This document shows positions 24,901 through 33,129 of a stretch of DNA of 34,431 bases, one piece after another. The position numbers were made by a program, and so were the translations under genes. The stretch spans positions 1-34,431 of the forward strand of contig JBOHEE010000024.1 of NCBI GenBank assembly GCA_050700895.1, written 5' to 3'. This DNA comes from Nitriliruptorales bacterium (GTDB lineage Bacteria; Actinomycetota; Nitriliruptoria; Nitriliruptorales; JAHWKO01). The first letter of the stretch is position 1, and every line of letters begins with the position of its first letter. The notes beneath the pieces were generated by a model, which was not told the DNA's origin, did not search any database, and saw only the letters and a list, made by a program, of their open reading frames with translations.

Positions 24901-25995
24901 CTACACGTTGAACCTGAAGCGCAGGACGTCGCCGTCGGCCACACGGTAGTCCCTGCCCTCGACTCGGAGGCGACCCGCGTCGCGGGCCGCCGCCTCCGAC
25001 CCGAGCCGGGCGTAGTCCTCGAAGCTGATCACCTCGGCACGGATGAAGCCGCGCTCCATGTCGGTGTGGACCTCCCCGGCGGCCGCCTGTGCGCGCGTCG
25101 CCTCCGGGACGGTCCAGGCGCGCGCCTCCTTCTCGCCCGCGGTGAAGAACGTGATCAGCCCGAGCAGACGGTAGGCGGCGTGGATGAGCCGCTCGAGCCC
25201 GCTCCGTCGCAGCCCGAGGGAAGCGAGGTACTCCGACTGCTCGGCCTCCGGCAGGGCGAGCAGCTCCTCCTCGACGCGCGCCGAGACGACCACGACCTCC
25301 GCGCCTTGCTTGTCGGCGAGCACGCGGAGGCTGTCCGCGCTCGACCCCCCGTGCGGGAGGTCGCCCTCGGCCACGTTCGCGGCGTACAGGACCGGCTTCG
25401 AGGTGAGCAGGAACAGCTCTCCGACGAGCCCCGCGTGGCGAGGGTCGACCGAGAACGTCCGCGCCGGCCGACCCTGCCCGAGGTGCTCCGCGAGGCGCTC
25501 GAGCAGGTCCAGGTGGGCAGGCGCGTCGCGCTCCCCGGCCCGCATCGACCGGGCGGTCCGCTCCTGGCGCTTCTCCACCGTCTCGAGGTCCTTCAGCGCG
25601 AGCTCGGTCTCGACCACCTCGGCGTCCCCGACGGGGTCCACGCGACCGCCGACGCGGACGACGTCGTCGTCCTCGAAGCAGCGCACGACATGGCACACCG
25701 CGTCCACCTCGCGGATGTGGGCGAGGAAGCGGTTGCCGAGGCCCTCGCCGCGGCTGGCGCCCTGCACCAGGCCGGCGATGTCGACGAACTCGATGGTCGT
25801 CGGCACGGCCCGCGCCGAGCCGGCCAGCCGCTGGAGCCGCTCGAGCCGCTCGTCTGGGACCGGCACGACGCCGACGTTCGGCTCGATGGTCGTGAAGGGA
25901 AAGTTCGCGGCCGTGGCGCCGGCACGGGAGACCGCGTTGAACAGCGTGGACTTGCCGACGTTCGGGAGGCCGACGAGTCCGACCTGGAGGACCAC
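24901..25995 (-). CDS. ychF: Redox-regulated ribosome-binding ATPase YchF
   Basis: The G1 motif GLVGLPNVGKSTLFNA, FVDIAGLV, the coiled-coil insert and the C-terminal TGS domain (FFTAGEKEARAWT...AAGEVHTDMERGFIRAEV) are present. GTG 25995 lies 3 nt after the sigma factor stop. Confidence 0.95.
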   Translation of the reverse strand: MVLQVGLVGLPNVGKSTLFNAVSRAGATAANFPFTTIEPNVGVVPVPDERLERLQRLAGSARAVPTTIEFVDIAGLVQGASRGEGLGNRFLAHIREVDAVCHVVRCFEDDDVVRVGGRVDPVGDAEVVETELALKDLETVEKRQERTARSMRAGERDAPAHLDLLERLAEHLGQGRPARTFSVDPRHAGLVGELFLLTSKPVLYAANVAEGDLPHGGSSADSLRVLADKQGAEVVVVSARVEEELLALPEAEQSEYLASLGLRRSGLERLIHAAYRLLGLITFFTAGEKEARAWTVPEATRAQAAAGEVHTDMERGFIRAEVISFEDYARLGSEAAARDAGRLRVEGRDYRVADGDVLRFRFNV

Positions 25996-25998
25996 CGG

Positions 25999-27186
25999 TC
26001 AGGCGGGCGCGGCGCCCTCGGTGCCTCCGGGAACGGCCGATTCGACCAGCCCGCGCAGACGATCCGAGCGTGAGGGGTGGCGCAGCTTGGTCAAGGTCTT
26101 GGCCTCGATCTGGCGGATCCGTTCCCGGGTGACGCCGTACTCGGCGCCGACCTCCTCGAGGGTACGGCACTCGCCGTCGAGCAGACCGAACCGGAGCATC
26201 ACGACGCCGCGCTCGCGCTCGTTCAGGGTGGACAGGACGTCGGCCACGAGGTCCTTCGTGAGGGTGAAGGCCGCGACCCCCTCGGGATCCGGGGCGTCGT
26301 CGTCGGCGACGAGCGCGCCCATCGTGGCGTCGCCGTCCTCGCCGACCGGCGTGTCGAGGGAGAGCAGGTCGCGGGCGGCCTGGCGGATGTCGCGGAGCCG
26401 CTCGATGGTCATGTCCATCGCGTCGGCGAGCTCGGCCTCGGTCGGATCGCGCCCGAACTGCTGGACGAGGTCGAGCTCGGCCCAACGCATCTTGCCCAGC
26501 GTCTCATGCACGTGGACGGGGAGGCGCAGGACGCGCGACTTGTCGGCAAGGCCTCGGGTCAGCGCCTGCCGGATCCACCAGGTGGCGTAGGTCGAGAACT
26601 TGTAGCCCTTGGTGTGGTCGAACTTCTCCACCGCCCGCATGAGACCGAGGTTGCCCTCCTGGACGAGGTCGAGGAGGTCGAGCCCACGGCCGCGGTAGCG
26701 GCGGGCCACCGACACGACGAGGCGGAGGTTCGCCCGGACCATGTGGTCCTGGGCGCGGCGCCCGTCCTTGTCGATCTGGCGGAGCATCGCCCTCTGCCGG
26801 GGCGACAGTGCGCCGTTGCCGTGGTTCAGCAGGTCGCGTGCGAGCTCGCCCGCCTGATCACGCTTCGACAGGTCCACCTCTTCCTCGGCGCTGAGGAGTG
26901 GGGTCTTGCCGATCGCGCTGAGGTAGTGGCGGACGGAGTCGGTGGAGGCGCTGATGAGGTCGGCCGCGGCGCGTTCGACGTCCGCGAGGAGATCGTCGAG
27001 GACGTCGAGCCCGATGTCCTCGAGGACGGCCACGAGCCGGTCGAGCCATCCGCTGTCGTCGTGGAGCGGATCGGAGAGGTCGTCCAGTTCGCTGAGGAGG
27101 ACGTAGCCGCGTTCCCTGGCACGCTCGACGAGCTCGCCCAGCGCGGGCTTCTCCGCCACGAGTTGGACGACGTCCAGCTTGTCCAC
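25999..27186 (-). CDS. RNA polymerase sigma factor, RpoD/SigA-SigB (group 1/2) family
   Basis: Regions 1.2-4.2 are present (DSVRHYLSAIGKTPLLSAEEE, ANLRLVVSVARRY, GNLGLMRAVEKFD, YKFSTYATWWIRQA, LRLPVHV, TLEEVGAEYGVTRERIRQIE). GTG 27186 is preceded by AAGGGGAG. The ORF-track start at 27204 adds six low-GC3 codons. Confidence 0.9.
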   Translation of the reverse strand: MDKLDVVQLVAEKPALGELVERARERGYVLLSELDDLSDPLHDDSGWLDRLVAVLEDIGLDVLDDLLADVERAAADLISASTDSVRHYLSAIGKTPLLSAEEEVDLSKRDQAGELARDLLNHGNGALSPRQRAMLRQIDKDGRRAQDHMVRANLRLVVSVARRYRGRGLDLLDLVQEGNLGLMRAVEKFDHTKGYKFSTYATWWIRQALTRGLADKSRVLRLPVHVHETLGKMRWAELDLVQQFGRDPTEAELADAMDMTIERLRDIRQAARDLLSLDTPVGEDGDATMGALVADDDAPDPEGVAAFTLTKDLVADVLSTLNERERGVVMLRFGLLDGECRTLEEVGAEYGVTRERIRQIEAKTLTKLRHPSRSDRLRGLVESAVPGGTEGAAPA

Positions 27187-27330
27187 TCGCTCCCCTTCAC
27201 GCACGCACGCACGCGCTCAGAACGGCGCGAGGACACGTGACGGTATCACCGGCGTCGGAGCCGGGACGGGGGTTCGTCGGGTGGCCTCCGATCCGTCGGG
27301 CCGGGACCCCCGCCGGGTAGGTTCCCGCGC

Positions 27331-27990
27331 ATGCGTCTCGTCATCGCCAGCTGCAGCGCCCGCTACGAGGGCCGGCTGTCGTCCACGCTGACCTCCGCGA
27401 CGCGGCTCGTCATGGTCAAGGCGGACGGCTGCGTCGCGATCCACGCGGACGTCGGCGCGTACAAGCCGGTCAACTGGATGAACGCGCCGAACACCCTGCT
27501 CGAGCAGGACGGCCGCTGGATCGTCACGAACCCCAAGGGCGAGACGCTGACGATCGAGTTCGAGGAGGTCCTGGACGACCGCACGGTCGAGCTCGACACG
27601 GAGCGCGGCCTCACCCTCGACGGGGTCGAAGCGGAGCTCCAGGAGCTCCTCGCGGCGCATCCCGACCACATCGAGCCCGGGCTCCGGCTCGTCCAGCGCG
27701 AGTTCCCGACCGACCTCGGGCCGGTCGACCTCCTCTGTCGCGACGGGTCGGGGCGGGCGGTGGCGGTCGAGGTCAAGCGCATCGGGGAGATGGCGGGGGT
27801 CGACCAGCTCAGCCGCTACCTCGACCGCCTCGACCGCGACCCGCTGCTCGCTCCGGTCCGCGGCGTGCTCGCGGCGACGCAGCTCAAGCCGCAGGCCCGG
27901 GTCCTTGCCGAGTCGCGCGGGATCTGCTGCGTGGAGGTCGACCTCTCCCGCCTGCGCGGCGAGGACGACACGATGCCGCGCCTCTTCTAG
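27331..27990 (+). CDS. nucS: Endonuclease NucS (EndoMS, non-canonical mismatch repair)
   Basis: Motifs seen: MRLVIASC.ARY.GRL, HAD...KP.NWM, the catalytic C-terminal PD-(D/E)xK region (DLGPVDLLCRD...AVAVEVKR) and the C-terminal clamp-binding-like tail. Confidence 0.93.
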   Translation: MRLVIASCSARYEGRLSSTLTSATRLVMVKADGCVAIHADVGAYKPVNWMNAPNTLLEQDGRWIVTNPKGETLTIEFEEVLDDRTVELDTERGLTLDGVEAELQELLAAHPDHIEPGLRLVQREFPTDLGPVDLLCRDGSGRAVAVEVKRIGEMAGVDQLSRYLDRLDRDPLLAPVRGVLAATQLKPQARVLAESRGICCVEVDLSRLRGEDDTMPRLF

Positions 27991-27992
27991 CC

Positions 27993-28064
27993 GGGTGGCT
28001 ACGTTGCGCGCAGCAGCGAGAGACTCGTGGGGCCGCGCTCCACTCCTTGAGCCCCCCAGACCCC
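27993..28064 (+). repeat. GC-rich hairpin repeat element, copy 1
   Basis: It starts 3 nt after the nucS stop and is 67/72 identical to copy 2 at an 84-nt offset. The terminal stem is GGGTGGCT/AGCCCCCC. A 22-nt perfect palindrome (28061-82) bridges to copy 2. Confidence 0.9.
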
Positions 28065-28076
28065 CCAGCCCTGGCT

Positions 28077-28148
28077 GGGGGGCTACGTTGCGCGCGGCAG
28101 CCAGAGACTCGTGGGGCCGCGCTCCACTGCTTGAGCCCCCCAGATCCC
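28077..28148 (+). repeat. GC-rich hairpin repeat element, copy 2
   Basis: The 65-nt core spans 28077-28141, with outer stem GGGGGGCT/AGCCCCCC and inner stem GCGCGGC/GCCGCGC. It ends 17 nt before the K+ channel ATG. Confidence 0.9.
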
Positions 28149-28158
28149 GGAGCGCCAG

Positions 28159-29163
28159 ATGAGCCCGACCCGGCGCGTGCGCATCGCGGTCACCGCCTAC
28201 CTCGTCGTCGTGCTCGTCGGCTTCGTCGGCTACCAGATCCTGGAGGGGGCCAACCCGCTCGAGGCGCTCTACATGACGATCATCACCGTGACGACGGTGG
28301 GGTTCGGCGAGGTCTTCGAGTTCAGCAGCGTCGGACGCGTCTTCACGATCTTTCTCATCGTCGGCGGGGTCGTGAGCGTGTCGTACGCGGCCCTGAGCCT
28401 CGCCGAGTTCGTGGTCGAGGGGCACCTGCGCAACATCGTCGAAAGGCGCCGGATGAACCGCATGATCGAGGGCATCGACCAGCACGTCATCATCTGCGGG
28501 TTCGGGCGCGTCGGCCGGCACCTCGCCGTCGAGCTGGAGGCCGAGCACGTGCCGTTCGTCGTCGTCGACGACGACGAGAAGAAGATCGCGGAGGTGAGCG
28601 AGCTCGGCTTCCTCCATGTTGCGGGCGACGCAACCGAGGAGCACGTCCTCGAGGAGGCCGGCATGGAGCGGGCGCGCGCGGTCGTGGCGTGCGTGAACAC
28701 CGACGCGGACAACGTCCTCGTCACGCTGACCGTGAAGGGCATGCGGCCGGGCGTGCTCGTCATCGGACGGATCAAGCTGGACGAGAACGAGCGCAAGCTC
28801 CGTCGCGCCGGGGCGGACCGGGTCATCGCCCCGTCCACGATCGGGGGTCGGCGCATCGCGCAGCTCCTCACCCGGCCGGTCGTCGCCGACTTCCTCGAGC
28901 TCGTGGCCGGCTCCGAGAACCTCGAGTACACGTTCGAGGAGATCCCGGTCCGCCCGGGCTCCCCGCTGGACGGCTCCACGCTCGGCGACGCCGCCATCCG
29001 CGAGCGCTACGGGTGCACGGTGCTCGGCGTCCTCCACGGGGAGCAGCGGCGGCTCGACACGCATCCTGACGTCGACGCGGGGCTGCACGCGGGCGACGTC
29101 CTGATCGTCATCGGGTCCGAGCGGGAGGTCGCGGAGATGCGGCGGCAGTTCGTCGAGCCGTAG
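28159..29163 (+). CDS. Two-TM potassium channel with cytoplasmic RCK (TrkA-N/TrkA-C) domains, MthK-like
   Basis: The pore helix and selectivity filter read TVTTVGFGE. A Rossmann GFGRVG motif follows HVIICGFGRVGRHLA, and a TrkA-C-like C-terminal domain is present. Confidence 0.88.
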   Translation: MSPTRRVRIAVTAYLVVVLVGFVGYQILEGANPLEALYMTIITVTTVGFGEVFEFSSVGRVFTIFLIVGGVVSVSYAALSLAEFVVEGHLRNIVERRRMNRMIEGIDQHVIICGFGRVGRHLAVELEAEHVPFVVVDDDEKKIAEVSELGFLHVAGDATEEHVLEEAGMERARAVVACVNTDADNVLVTLTVKGMRPGVLVIGRIKLDENERKLRRAGADRVIAPSTIGGRRIAQLLTRPVVADFLELVAGSENLEYTFEEIPVRPGSPLDGSTLGDAAIRERYGCTVLGVLHGEQRRLDTHPDVDAGLHAGDVLIVIGSEREVAEMRRQFVEP

Positions 29164-29181
29164 GCAGCGAACAGGGGGATC

Positions 29182-29246
29182 GGGGGACTCAAGCAGTCGA
29201 ACGCGGCCAGACGAGTCTCTCGCAGCTGCGTGAGACGCAGTCCCCC
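29182..29246 (-). repeat. GC-rich hairpin repeat element, copy 3 (inverted)
   Basis: The reverse complement aligns without gaps to the copy-2 core (52/65). It has the same 65-nt length and an outer stem GGGGGACT/AGTCCCCC. It begins 2 nt after the hemQ stop on the minus strand. Confidence 0.8.
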
Positions 29247-29248
29247 GA

Positions 29249-30049
29249 CTAGTCGAGCAGGCCCAGCTCGCGAACGAGCTCCTCGGGGTAGCGGCGGATG
29301 CCGATGACGAAGGGACCGAACTCGGCGTACCGGGCCGACGCCTCGTCGTAGCGCATGCGGTAGACGATGTCCTTGACGTCGGCGACGTCGTGGGCGAAGA
29401 GCGTCACCGACCACTCCCAGTCGTCGAGTCCGGTCGAGCCGGTGACGAGCTGGAGCACCCGGCCGGTGTAGGCGCGACCCGACTTCCCATGCTCCCGCAT
29501 GAGCCGCTCACGCTCGTCGAACGGGAGCCGGTACCAGTTGTCGTCGCCCTGGCGGCGGTGGGACATCGGGTAGAAGCACGCGACCTCCCACTCCGGCATG
29601 ACCGGGTAGAGCTTGTGGAGGTTGTAGCGGTCCATCCGTTCGGCGAACTCCGCGACCCGGCGTTCGAGGTCCTGGCCGGAGACGCCCTTCGACTCGAGGT
29701 AGGCGCGATGTTCCTCGGGGGAGTCGGTGTACTCGGAGGTCTCGGTGAGGCTGAGGTAGGACCACGAGAGGTCGAGCGCGTTGCCGAGGTCGCAGGCGGC
29801 GAGCCGGGTCTGGAGACGCCGCAGCGCATCGAGGTCGCGGGCCAGGGCCATCAGCATGATGTCGGCCCTGTGCCCGACGACCGAGAAGAGGTGGAGCTGC
29901 AGCTCGGGGTCGTCGACGAGCTCCGCCAGCGTCCCGGCCAGGTCCTTCGCGGCCGCGGGCGTGTCGGCACCGGGCAGCGCCGAACGGTCGAGCCGGTAGA
30001 AGAGGTGGAGGACCGTCCACCCCTCGCCGGGCCGTGCGGGTGGACGCAT
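29249..30049 (-). CDS. hemQ: Chlorite-dismutase-family coproheme decarboxylase (hydrogen peroxide-dependent heme synthase)
   Basis: The actinobacterial HemQ/ChdC pattern is present: WTVLHLFYR, HRADIMLM, YLSLTETSEY, FYPMSHRR...NWY.LPF.ER..LM..HG, TGSTGLDDWEWSVTLFA and IVY.MR.DEASA.YAEFG.F. Confidence 0.9.
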   Translation of the reverse strand: MRPPARPGEGWTVLHLFYRLDRSALPGADTPAAAKDLAGTLAELVDDPELQLHLFSVVGHRADIMLMALARDLDALRRLQTRLAACDLGNALDLSWSYLSLTETSEYTDSPEEHRAYLESKGVSGQDLERRVAEFAERMDRYNLHKLYPVMPEWEVACFYPMSHRRQGDDNWYRLPFDERERLMREHGKSGRAYTGRVLQLVTGSTGLDDWEWSVTLFAHDVADVKDIVYRMRYDEASARYAEFGPFVIGIRRYPEELVRELGLLD

Positions 30050-30133
30050 CGAAGACCTCGAGGCGGGTGGCGGCGAGCCTACCCGGCGCCGCTCACTGCT
30101 CAGGCGACCACCGCTGCTCGCTGCTTGAGTCGC

Positions 30134-32341
30134 TCACTGCTCCGCGGTCGCTCCGCGCGTCGTGTCGACCTCCTCCTGGAGCTGGTGCGCGACCCAGGTG
30201 GACAGGTCCCCGCGCGAGCCGAAGAGGAGCGCCTCGTCGATGTCGTAGCGGTCGAGCCAGGACCGAACCTCCGGCACCTGGTCGACGTCGGCACCGTGGG
30301 CGAGGAGGAGCGGAGCCCTCCGGCGGGCCGCGAGCGGCGCGGCGACGAGCGCATCTGGGAAGTCGAAACCGCTGGCGAGGCCGATCGCGCTCGCGTCGCT
30401 GCCGAGATTCTCCACCCCCCACTCGGCGATGGCGACGGCGGTGGCGAACCGCGTGGCGCCTCCGACCCGGGTCACCGGGATGCCGAGCGCGGCCACATCC
30501 TGGGCCACACCCGGGCGGATCGCGCCCTCGCCCCCGATGATCACCACCTCCTGCGGCGCGAGACGCTCGAGCATCGCGGCAGCCGGCTCCGAGAGCCGCC
30601 CGGGCGCGGTGGTGAGCACGGGCATGCTGGCCTGCCCCGCGACCGCGCCAGCCGCGAGGGCGTCAGGCCACGACGTCGCCGAGGCGAGGAACACCCGCCC
30701 GCTGCCCGCCGATGCGCCTGAGACGTACCAGGCGACGACGGCGGCGGTCTCGGTCCTGGTGTCGCCGGCGATGCGCTTCACGCTGTAGCCGGCCTCCCGC
30801 AGCTCACCCGCGACGTCCTCCGAGACCACGCCCGGCCCGCCGACGACGAGCACCCGCTTCGTGCCCAGGTCGCGGAGGGCGGCCGCGGTCCGCCAGTGGA
30901 GACGGTCGCGCGTGGTCAGGAGCAGGGGGGCGGACCGGCTCGCCGCGAGCGGACCGGCGGCGAGGGCGTCGGGGAAGAGCTCGCCGTTCACGAGGACCGC
31001 GGTCGGGGACCCGTCCGGCCAGCCGGTCTTGGCGATGTTCGCCGCGAGCGTGTAGCGGTCCCAGCCGGGTGTCCGGACGACGTCCGGGGTGGGGACGTTC
31101 GAGCGGATGACGAGGTGGCTCGCGACGCTGCGGTAGCCGCGCGAGTCGCAGCAGGGGCGGTTCTGGATCAGGCCGTCCACGACCATCGTGGTCGATCCGC
31201 CGCCGTCGACCATGACCGCGTCGCGGGCCCCCATCTGGACCATGAGGTGGGCGGCCTCGCCGGTTCGCAGCCCGTTGCTGTACCACGACCGACGGCCGTC
31301 GACGGCGACGAGGACCATCTCGCCGGACTCGAGGAAGCCGACGATCGTGCGCGGGTGCGTGGTGCCGTTGTGGCGCGGACCGAAGCCCTCCGACGCCCAG
31401 CTGTCGGGCGGCGTGGGCCGGCCGTCGCGCACGATGACGGGTCCGGCCCCGACGGCGTGGAGCACGTCGTCCCAGGCGGGGTCCGAGCGGAGGTGGACCT
31501 CGACATGGTCGCCGGGGCGCAGCCGCCTCAGGAGGTCCCCGCGCTCACCGGTGCCGGAGAGCACCACGCCGCCCGCGGGGATCGTGCTGCTGCCGCTCGT
31601 CCGCAGGCCTCCCACCCCGCCGATCTCGTTGGTGTTCGGGCGCGCCGACACCCCGTGGAGCGCGACCTCGACCGTCCCTGCCGGCGTGCCGGTCCGGCTC
31701 CCGTACGCCGGGCTGAAGAGGGTCACCTCGAGCGAGCCGAGTCGGTCCGGGCGTGGCTGAGCCGGGGGGCGGTTCACGCCTGACAGCGGGACGGTGGTGC
31801 CGTCGGGCAGCGACACCCAGCCGTTGAAGTCGGGGACGCCGATCCGGTAGGAGCCGTCGGGGAGCAGCGCGAAGGCGCCGCTCCAACGGCCGAGCCGACG
31901 CTGCGGCTCGGACAGGTACTGACCGTTGCGGACGAAGAGGCCGAGCGGGTCACCCGAGAGGACCGAGTCCCACGGGAAGCTCGCGTTCACGCCGGCGACA
32001 GCCGCTTCCCCGAGCCGTCGCACTGCGAGGTGCGTCGGCTCCTTGCCGGGGACGGATCCCCGGGAGAGCTCGGGGCGCAGGGTCACCCGGGGGTCGTCGG
32101 GGCGGAAGCGGAGCGCCTGGACGACGACCGGCCCGCGCGGGTAGTCGAACCGGTAGACCTCGCGGACGAGCCCCGGCGCGACTGGTGCCCGCTGGACGAG
32201 GCGGAGTTCGGGATTCGCGAGCGCCTGGGCGGCAGGAAGCAGCAGCGCCAGGCTGAGAACCAGCGTCGACGCCGCGCGGAGAACCGCTCGGCCACGCCGA
32301 CCAGTCCGCGCCCGGCGTGCCCCGTGTCCCGTCCCTCGCAT
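30134..32341 (-). CDS. Secreted phosphodiester glycosidase (NAGPA/DUF2233) fused to three cell-wall-binding repeat 2 (CWB2) modules
   Basis: A signal peptide is followed by the NAGPA-like core (AGVNASF...GLFVRNGQ...AVGAGPVIVRDG...HPRTIVG...LVAVDGR....GL...EAA.LM..MGA.DA..VDGGGSTTM). Three repeats of the FPDALAAGPLAA...PLLLT / R.AG.TR..TA pattern (about 30137-31069) complete the protein. Confidence 0.8.
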   Translation of the reverse strand: MRGTGHGARRARTGRRGRAVLRAASTLVLSLALLLPAAQALANPELRLVQRAPVAPGLVREVYRFDYPRGPVVVQALRFRPDDPRVTLRPELSRGSVPGKEPTHLAVRRLGEAAVAGVNASFPWDSVLSGDPLGLFVRNGQYLSEPQRRLGRWSGAFALLPDGSYRIGVPDFNGWVSLPDGTTVPLSGVNRPPAQPRPDRLGSLEVTLFSPAYGSRTGTPAGTVEVALHGVSARPNTNEIGGVGGLRTSGSSTIPAGGVVLSGTGERGDLLRRLRPGDHVEVHLRSDPAWDDVLHAVGAGPVIVRDGRPTPPDSWASEGFGPRHNGTTHPRTIVGFLESGEMVLVAVDGRRSWYSNGLRTGEAAHLMVQMGARDAVMVDGGGSTTMVVDGLIQNRPCCDSRGYRSVASHLVIRSNVPTPDVVRTPGWDRYTLAANIAKTGWPDGSPTAVLVNGELFPDALAAGPLAASRSAPLLLTTRDRLHWRTAAALRDLGTKRVLVVGGPGVVSEDVAGELREAGYSVKRIAGDTRTETAAVVAWYVSGASAGSGRVFLASATSWPDALAAGAVAGQASMPVLTTAPGRLSEPAAAMLERLAPQEVVIIGGEGAIRPGVAQDVAALGIPVTRVGGATRFATAVAIAEWGVENLGSDASAIGLASGFDFPDALVAAPLAARRRAPLLLAHGADVDQVPEVRSWLDRYDIDEALLFGSRGDLSTWVAHQLQEEVDTTRGATAEQ

Positions 32342-32468
32342 GCGCCCCAGACCGTCCGTCCCTGCGGGTGAGCGTCACGCCCGTGGCGCAGGGACCTCGC
32401 GATGCCGACGGCGAGCGCATGCCGCACGCACGGTCCGCGACCGCGCACAGACTCTGCGGTGGGGGAAG

Positions 32469-33083
32469 CTACAGGGCGAGGACCTGCTTCGACCGCATCT
32501 CGCCGGATTCGTCCATGTCGTAGACGAGCGGCACGCCCGTCGGCAGCTCGAGCCCGGGCACCTCGTCCTCACGGAGCTGCTCGAGCGACATGACGATCGA
32601 CCGGTTCGAGTTGCCGTGCGCGACGACGAGCACGTCCTTCCCCTGGGCGATGTCGCCGAGGACGGCGCGTTCGAAGAACGGCAGGGTCCGGGCCGCGGTG
32701 TCCTTCAGCGACTCACCGTTCGGCGGCCGAACGTCGAAGGAGCGCCGCCAGAGGTGGACCTGCTCCTCGCCGTAGCGCGCACGCATCGCGTCCTTGTTCA
32801 GCCCGGAGAGGTCGCCGTAGTCGCGTTCGTTCAGCGCCTGGTCGCGGATGGTCGGGATGTCCGTGCCGATGATCTCGAGGATGAGGTCGAGGGTGCGCTG
32901 CGCGCGGCCCAGCGCGGACGTGTACGCGACGTCGAAGGTGAGACCGGCCTTGAGGATGGCCGCCCCGCCGCGACGGGCCTCGTCCTCGCCGAGCGGTGTG
33001 AGCGGGACGTCGACCCAGCCCGTGAAGCGGTTCTCGAGGTTCCAGAGCGACTGCCCGTGGCGGACGAGCGCGAGCGTCGGCAT
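32469..33083 (-). CDS. gpmA: 2,3-bisphosphoglycerate-dependent phosphoglycerate mutase (short form)
   Basis: [24 protein letters not shown] (catalytic His), ERDYG, HLWRRS and [10 protein letters not shown] (second His) are histidine-phosphatase/dPGM motifs. Confidence 0.88.
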   Translation of the reverse strand: MPTLALVRHGQSLWNLENRFTGWVDVPLTPLGEDEARRGGAAILKAGLTFDVAYTSALGRAQRTLDLILEIIGTDIPTIRDQALNERDYGDLSGLNKDAMRARYGEEQVHLWRRSFDVRPPNGESLKDTAARTLPFFERAVLGDIAQGKDVLVVAHGNSNRSIVMSLEQLREDEVPGLELPTGVPLVYDMDESGEMRSKQVLAL

Positions 33084-33129
33084 GGGCGGCTCCGGGGGGT
33101 GGTGGCCACCCGCAGGCTAGCCCGCAGGG

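Noticed and set aside
27198-27213. Tetranucleotide repeat (CACG)x4 at the 5' end of the sigma factor ORF
   Set aside because: It has only four units. It most likely lies in the 5' UTR, just upstream of the preferred GTG 27186 start and its RBS, and I see no evidence of phase-variable function. It is noted only because it affects start-codon choice (27204 vs 27186).
27993-28148. Possible CRISPR array between nucS and the K+ channel gene
   Set aside because: There are only two repeat units of about 72 nt, separated by 12 nt that form part of a palindrome, so there are no unique spacers. No cas genes are present in the window. A third copy lies in inverted orientation 1 kb away.
480-29088. Many long ORFs antisense to or out of frame with the called genes (e.g. 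480-1670 -, 1982-3415 -, 2514-4190 -, 15206-16450 -, 21249-23507 +, 22336-24285 -, 24737-26485 -, 27217-29088 -)
   Set aside because: Their translations are Arg/Pro/Gly/Ala low-complexity with no recognisable motifs. Each overlaps a gene with clear family signatures. Stop-codon scarcity at about 70% GC explains them. One (27217-29088) even runs straight across the non-coding hairpin repeats.
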